A stretch of 64,000 bases of DNA from Paraspadella gotoi. Lineage: Eukaryota; Animalia; Chaetognatha. The first letter of the stretch is position 1. Each line of letters begins with the position of its first letter. The position numbers and the translations under genes were made by a program. Below, one piece after another: positions 59,790-64,000 of the stretch. The DNA lies in NCBI GenBank assembly GCA_051294375.1, contig JBJCIZ010000028.1:1901053-1965052 (forward strand), written 5' to 3'. Below the pieces are notes generated by a model. That model did no database searches. It was not told the origin of the DNA and saw only the letters and a program-made list of their open reading frames with translations.

Positions 59790-62700
59790 CTTCCTCGACC
59801 TCGGAGTCAATCTCTAAATATTTTCCCGGAGAAAAAACGAGACCCGGCCGATGAAGGCAAATCCTTCCCGATACGCAAATAGGCGCCAAACATCTTGCCG
59901 GGTCTGCAAATCTGCTGGGTNNNNNNNNNNNNNNNNNNNNNNNNNNNNNNNNNNNNNNNNNNNNNNNNNNNNNNNNNNNNNNNNNNNNNNNNNNNNNNNN
60001 NNNNNNNNNNNNNNNNNNNNNNNNNNNNNNNNNNNNNNNNNNNNNNNNNNNNNNNNNNNNNNNNNNNNNNNNNNNNNNNNNNNNNNNNNNNNNNNNNNNN
60101 NNNNNNNNNNNNNNNNNNNNNNNNNNNNNNNNNNNNNNNNNNNNNNNNNNNNNCCGGGTCTGCAAATCTGCTGGGTCTGCAAAAAGGCGCCAATTATCGC
60201 CCCTTGGCGCCGCCAAACATCTCGCCGGGTCTGCAAATCTGCCGGCACTATTAATCATGCCGGCCTACAAAAATAGGAACGTGAGGGCCGGGTTTTGCCG
60301 ATCTGTGACAGATTTTGTTGTCAGCTTTTAAAAGTTGGTTACATTTTATTTATTATGTTAAATTTGTACATTGAATTTTTTTGACTAATAGTTCGTTTAT
60401 TTCTGAATTTTTGTTCAGTTTTTTGGGATCTCAATTTTTTTTATTTGAAACTATTTTCCGAAAGCGGCACATTTCTGTTCCCTTATCAATAAACCTAATT
60501 AGTTCACCTTAGCAAAAAACACTAATTACTCGTGATTGGTTAAGGAACATGTACCCCTCGTACCGGTCTGTCCTCGGGCGTTCCAGAATTGGTCTCTTTC
60601 CCGCTTCGGCGTCGTTCTCTCCACTATGATATTGTTGCGCTTCCGCATGCGGCATAGAGAAAGGAGCACGAACCGTATTTGACTCGAGTGCTTTTCTGTA
60701 CTACGATTTATCCTTTCTTATTTTTTTTAATACTTTTTTTTTATCTTTTTAAAAGATTATCTTATTTGCTCATTCATTATTCATTTTTTTTTGAAATTTT
60801 TTTTATAAATAATCTTTTTTTTTTAGCTTTCATCTGCAGCAGTCGTTTTTCAAATAATTCAAATTATTTTTTAATTCGCAACACCTGTGGTGAAACTGAG
60901 AGAATTTTAATTACAAAAAGAAAAGATATATTATATTATATATATTATATTATATATTAAATTTTTTTTATATATTATATCATATTATACAAAAGAAAAG
61001 ATATATTTATATACGAAGGTAAGAAATTATATAAGAAAATGATTAACTCGTTTAAATGTATGTATTACATGCAACCTACAGTAAACATATGTATCCGCTT
61101 TTCAAAATTAATGAGTTCCATCGATTAAACCGATTCTTACTGAGGAGAAAAGCCAGACTTAAACTTACCTCACCTATAACAATTATTGGTCAGTATCAAA
61201 CCGAGACAGATCCGAACCGAACTGGTGGGTCAGAGAGCGTTCGGCTGATTTTTCAAAAAAAATTTATGTTATAATTCATTGGAGATTATCTTTCCTTTTA
61301 CTTTTTTTTTATCCCAAAGGGGATCACTTTCCGCAATATACAGGTGAGAAACTCTTGGGCTTTTTCACATTGAAGAAAAAGTTAATAAATTAACAAAAAA
61401 ATAAATAAAAATGAATCCATTAATTTCGTATTCGATAATTAAGTTTTCAGTTTATTGCCCAGGAGGGAGGATTTTTTTTGTATGTCAAGATAAATATTAC
61501 CTATAAAAATAATTATAGAATGACGAGTCTCATTTGTTTTTATATTAACGAGCGGTTATTAAAAAAAACGACGTACACATCAGATAGAGGGCGTTGCTCA
61601 AATGAAAAGGCAGGCTATTTGTCACCAAATTTGAAATAACTTGTCCTTTTTTTCTTATTATATCTTATTGACTATACAGAATTATAGTGCCTCGCAAAAG
61701 GACTATTGCCAATAACAATTTCTGGGTTATACGGAGGAATCTAATCCTTTCTGATTGGTAGTTTTTCCACTGAAAGGCGGCTTGCTTTGACGTCCCCCTC
61801 TCTCGTCGCGCTTATAGCAATGGGGCGCGACCCAGCCCTCTGGTGTGAAGAGCACGATTGCTACGCTCTTGCGCATACGGGCGTGTTTTCAAACAATTTA
61901 ATTTGGCCCACACAATAAAAAGGCTTGCAAGGCATATTCACAGATTTAAACACATGTCTTGTATATATAAGGTACACTTCATGTACACTATGTTATGAGA
62001 AGATATAATACCAGGCATATACTGTAAATGATTGGTATTCTAATAATATTTTTTTTTTATGTCTTTTGTAATTTCCCCGCGAATATTATTCATAAACCGG
62101 CATTTTTGTTAATTAACGATTAACTTTAAACACTTAATCAAATTAAGCAGATCACGACATGTTTTTCCCTTTCCCGACAGAAGAATCCTCGCTTTGCGGC
62201 ATTCCTAACAACAATGATTAATGCTAGGCTTGCGTGGCACGAGGTGGCGAGGCGAGGCGGGCGCGCGCAGAGAGGAGAAACCGAAGAGACCGTTGAGTGT
62301 CATTCCGACCCTTTTTTTTTCAATCGCGAGGCAGAGCGCATCGCGGAGCGGCTCTCTAAGTCACTTATAGGTCCTTGAGTCGGGTCAGTCGCGTTAATCT
62401 TGGCAGTCTGTCTAAGCTAGTCCGTCTAGCTTTCTTAATTTTAAATTCATTAAATCTTCTGCAAATTTATATAAAAAAGATCATTTTAATGTTAAATTTT
62501 TAAATAGTAAATATGCAATGAGGTTTCGGAAATGAGGCTTGTGAAAATACAAATGGATAATTCTAATCAGTTGGCCGAAAAACGGCTTAAATCACCTTGT
62601 CAACTTTTTTTTAAACTAGACGCGTAATAAATCGGCGCTATCGAAAGAAACGATTTATATATCATAAACAAATTTTTATAAAATTTAAATTAAGTTTAAA

Positions 62701-62794
62701 TTACAATTCGCGAGCGAAATTGATAAAACTGATTGCTAATTCGTGGTTGTAAGTTTTCAGAGTTCGAAGAGTTTTATACAGTTTAAAGAAAAGT

Positions 62795-63070
62795 TTTTGG
62801 CTTTATTTTCCCTAAAAACGCTCCAATTTCAACTTAAAATTGGAATTAAGTTAATTTTTGGATTAGGGTTAATCGTTAGAAATTAAGGTTAAGGGTTATT
62901 AATATTAGTTTAGGATTAATGTTGTAATATTTGTTTAACGCTAAAGGACTTAACATTAATATTAAAGATTAGGCTAGAGTTTTAATAGATTAAATTGAAT
63001 ATTAGGATTATAAAAACGTTTAAGCATTAAAGAAACAGAAATGGGTGGTATCGGAAATATGTACCAAAAT
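62795..63070. mobile_element. MITE-like element with both imperfect inverted ends and a TTAGGG-like interior
   Basis: Left end TTTTGGCTTTATTTTCC..GCTCCAATTTC and right end GAAATGGG..TCGGAAATATGTACCAAAA, enclosing TTAGGGTT/TAAGGTT motifs. Confidence 0.5.
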
Positions 63071-64000
63071 TTTTAAATGGGAAAAACAAGGAGCATTTGT
63101 TTTTTCTCAATATAAATTTTTTTTGATGAAGAAGCGAATCCAGCCAGACTGACGGAAGACGGAAACAAAAATTTGAATAAAATTTTGTTTTCTCCTTCCG
63201 AATGAAAACGCTCAGAAATTAATTCCAACGCAATCAAGATTTCCTCAGAAATCTCACCATCGCGAGAACCATGCAACCACAATTTAAACCTCCGTTTGGT
63301 TACAAATCACAACTCACACAGTTCTAAACTCACAATCTCAGCAAATCTCGAACGCACCCACGCTCAAACCACAGACGTCCCCTGCCCGACAAACCACAGA
63401 CGTCCCCCTGCCAGACAACAAAAACAACAGACGTCCACTGCCACTAAACAGACAGTCCCCTGCCGCACAAACCCGCCTCCACGCCATCAATCGTCTCTTT
63501 TTTAAACCGTCTCGGCTTCGTCGCCGAGTTTCGTTTGGTTCCGTTCGCACATCCTTAGGATTTTTTGTGTTTTTGTTTTCCCTTTCTTTCGTTTTTATTG
63601 CCTTTACACAAGTTTGTTAACGTTTTTATGTATATTCCCTTGGATAACCAACGATAATAGAAGGGCAGATAGACTGATAAAAAAAAAAATTGATAATATC
63701 CGATGTACAAAAGAAAATATAAACATCAACAGAAAAAAAAAATAATGAATCGCCTGGGGTCGCGTGAGGGAAAAGGAGAGAGGAGAGGAGGAGAGAGAGG
63801 AGAGAGGAGGAGAAGATAAGAGAGAGAGAAGAGAGAGAGAGAGAAAGAAAGATGATTCTGAAATAATAAGAAAGAAAGAGAAAGAATAAAAAGAGAGATA
63901 GGAGAGAGAGAGAGAAGAAGAGGAGGAGAGGAGAGTATTTTTGTTCTTGCTCGACGGACGAGAAGGTGTGTTATCGTTGTTGTTGTCGTTGTGTGTTTCG

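Noticed and set aside
59695-59830. Possible acidic exon on the minus strand
   Set aside because: It is mostly GAC/GAA triplet repeat with no linked exons identifiable.

Overview
AT-rich, microsatellite-dense eukaryotic (invertebrate metazoan) genomic DNA from a gapped draft assembly. Parts look like noisy long-read fill, with 25-N spacers, homopolymer frameshifts and fold-back duplicates. Four gene types can be read from the sequence. (1) A 6-exon secreted fibrinogen-related (FReD) gene (-, 1700-5915). (2) A multi-exon integrin alpha gene (+, 13696-43155; FG-GAP blades through TM-GFFRR; 5' exons not found). (3) Nested antisense in one ~11-kb integrin intron, two tandem paralogous genes for an unusual receptor: signal peptide, Toll-like LRR ectodomain, TM, minimal pseudokinase, KEN (IRE1/RNase L-type) ribonuclease and probable tandem ubiquitin-like tail. 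(4) An apparently intronless, frameshifted receptor-type PTP gene with C-type-lectin/EGF/CCP-like ectodomain (-, 44950-49327). The remainder is SINEs, MITE/HINE-like elements, a LINE RT relic, two minimal hammerhead-like motifs and mini/microsatellites. The LRR-pseudokinase-KEN receptor pair is the best candidate for an undescribed system. All domain calls come from motif recognition by eye, without database searches.
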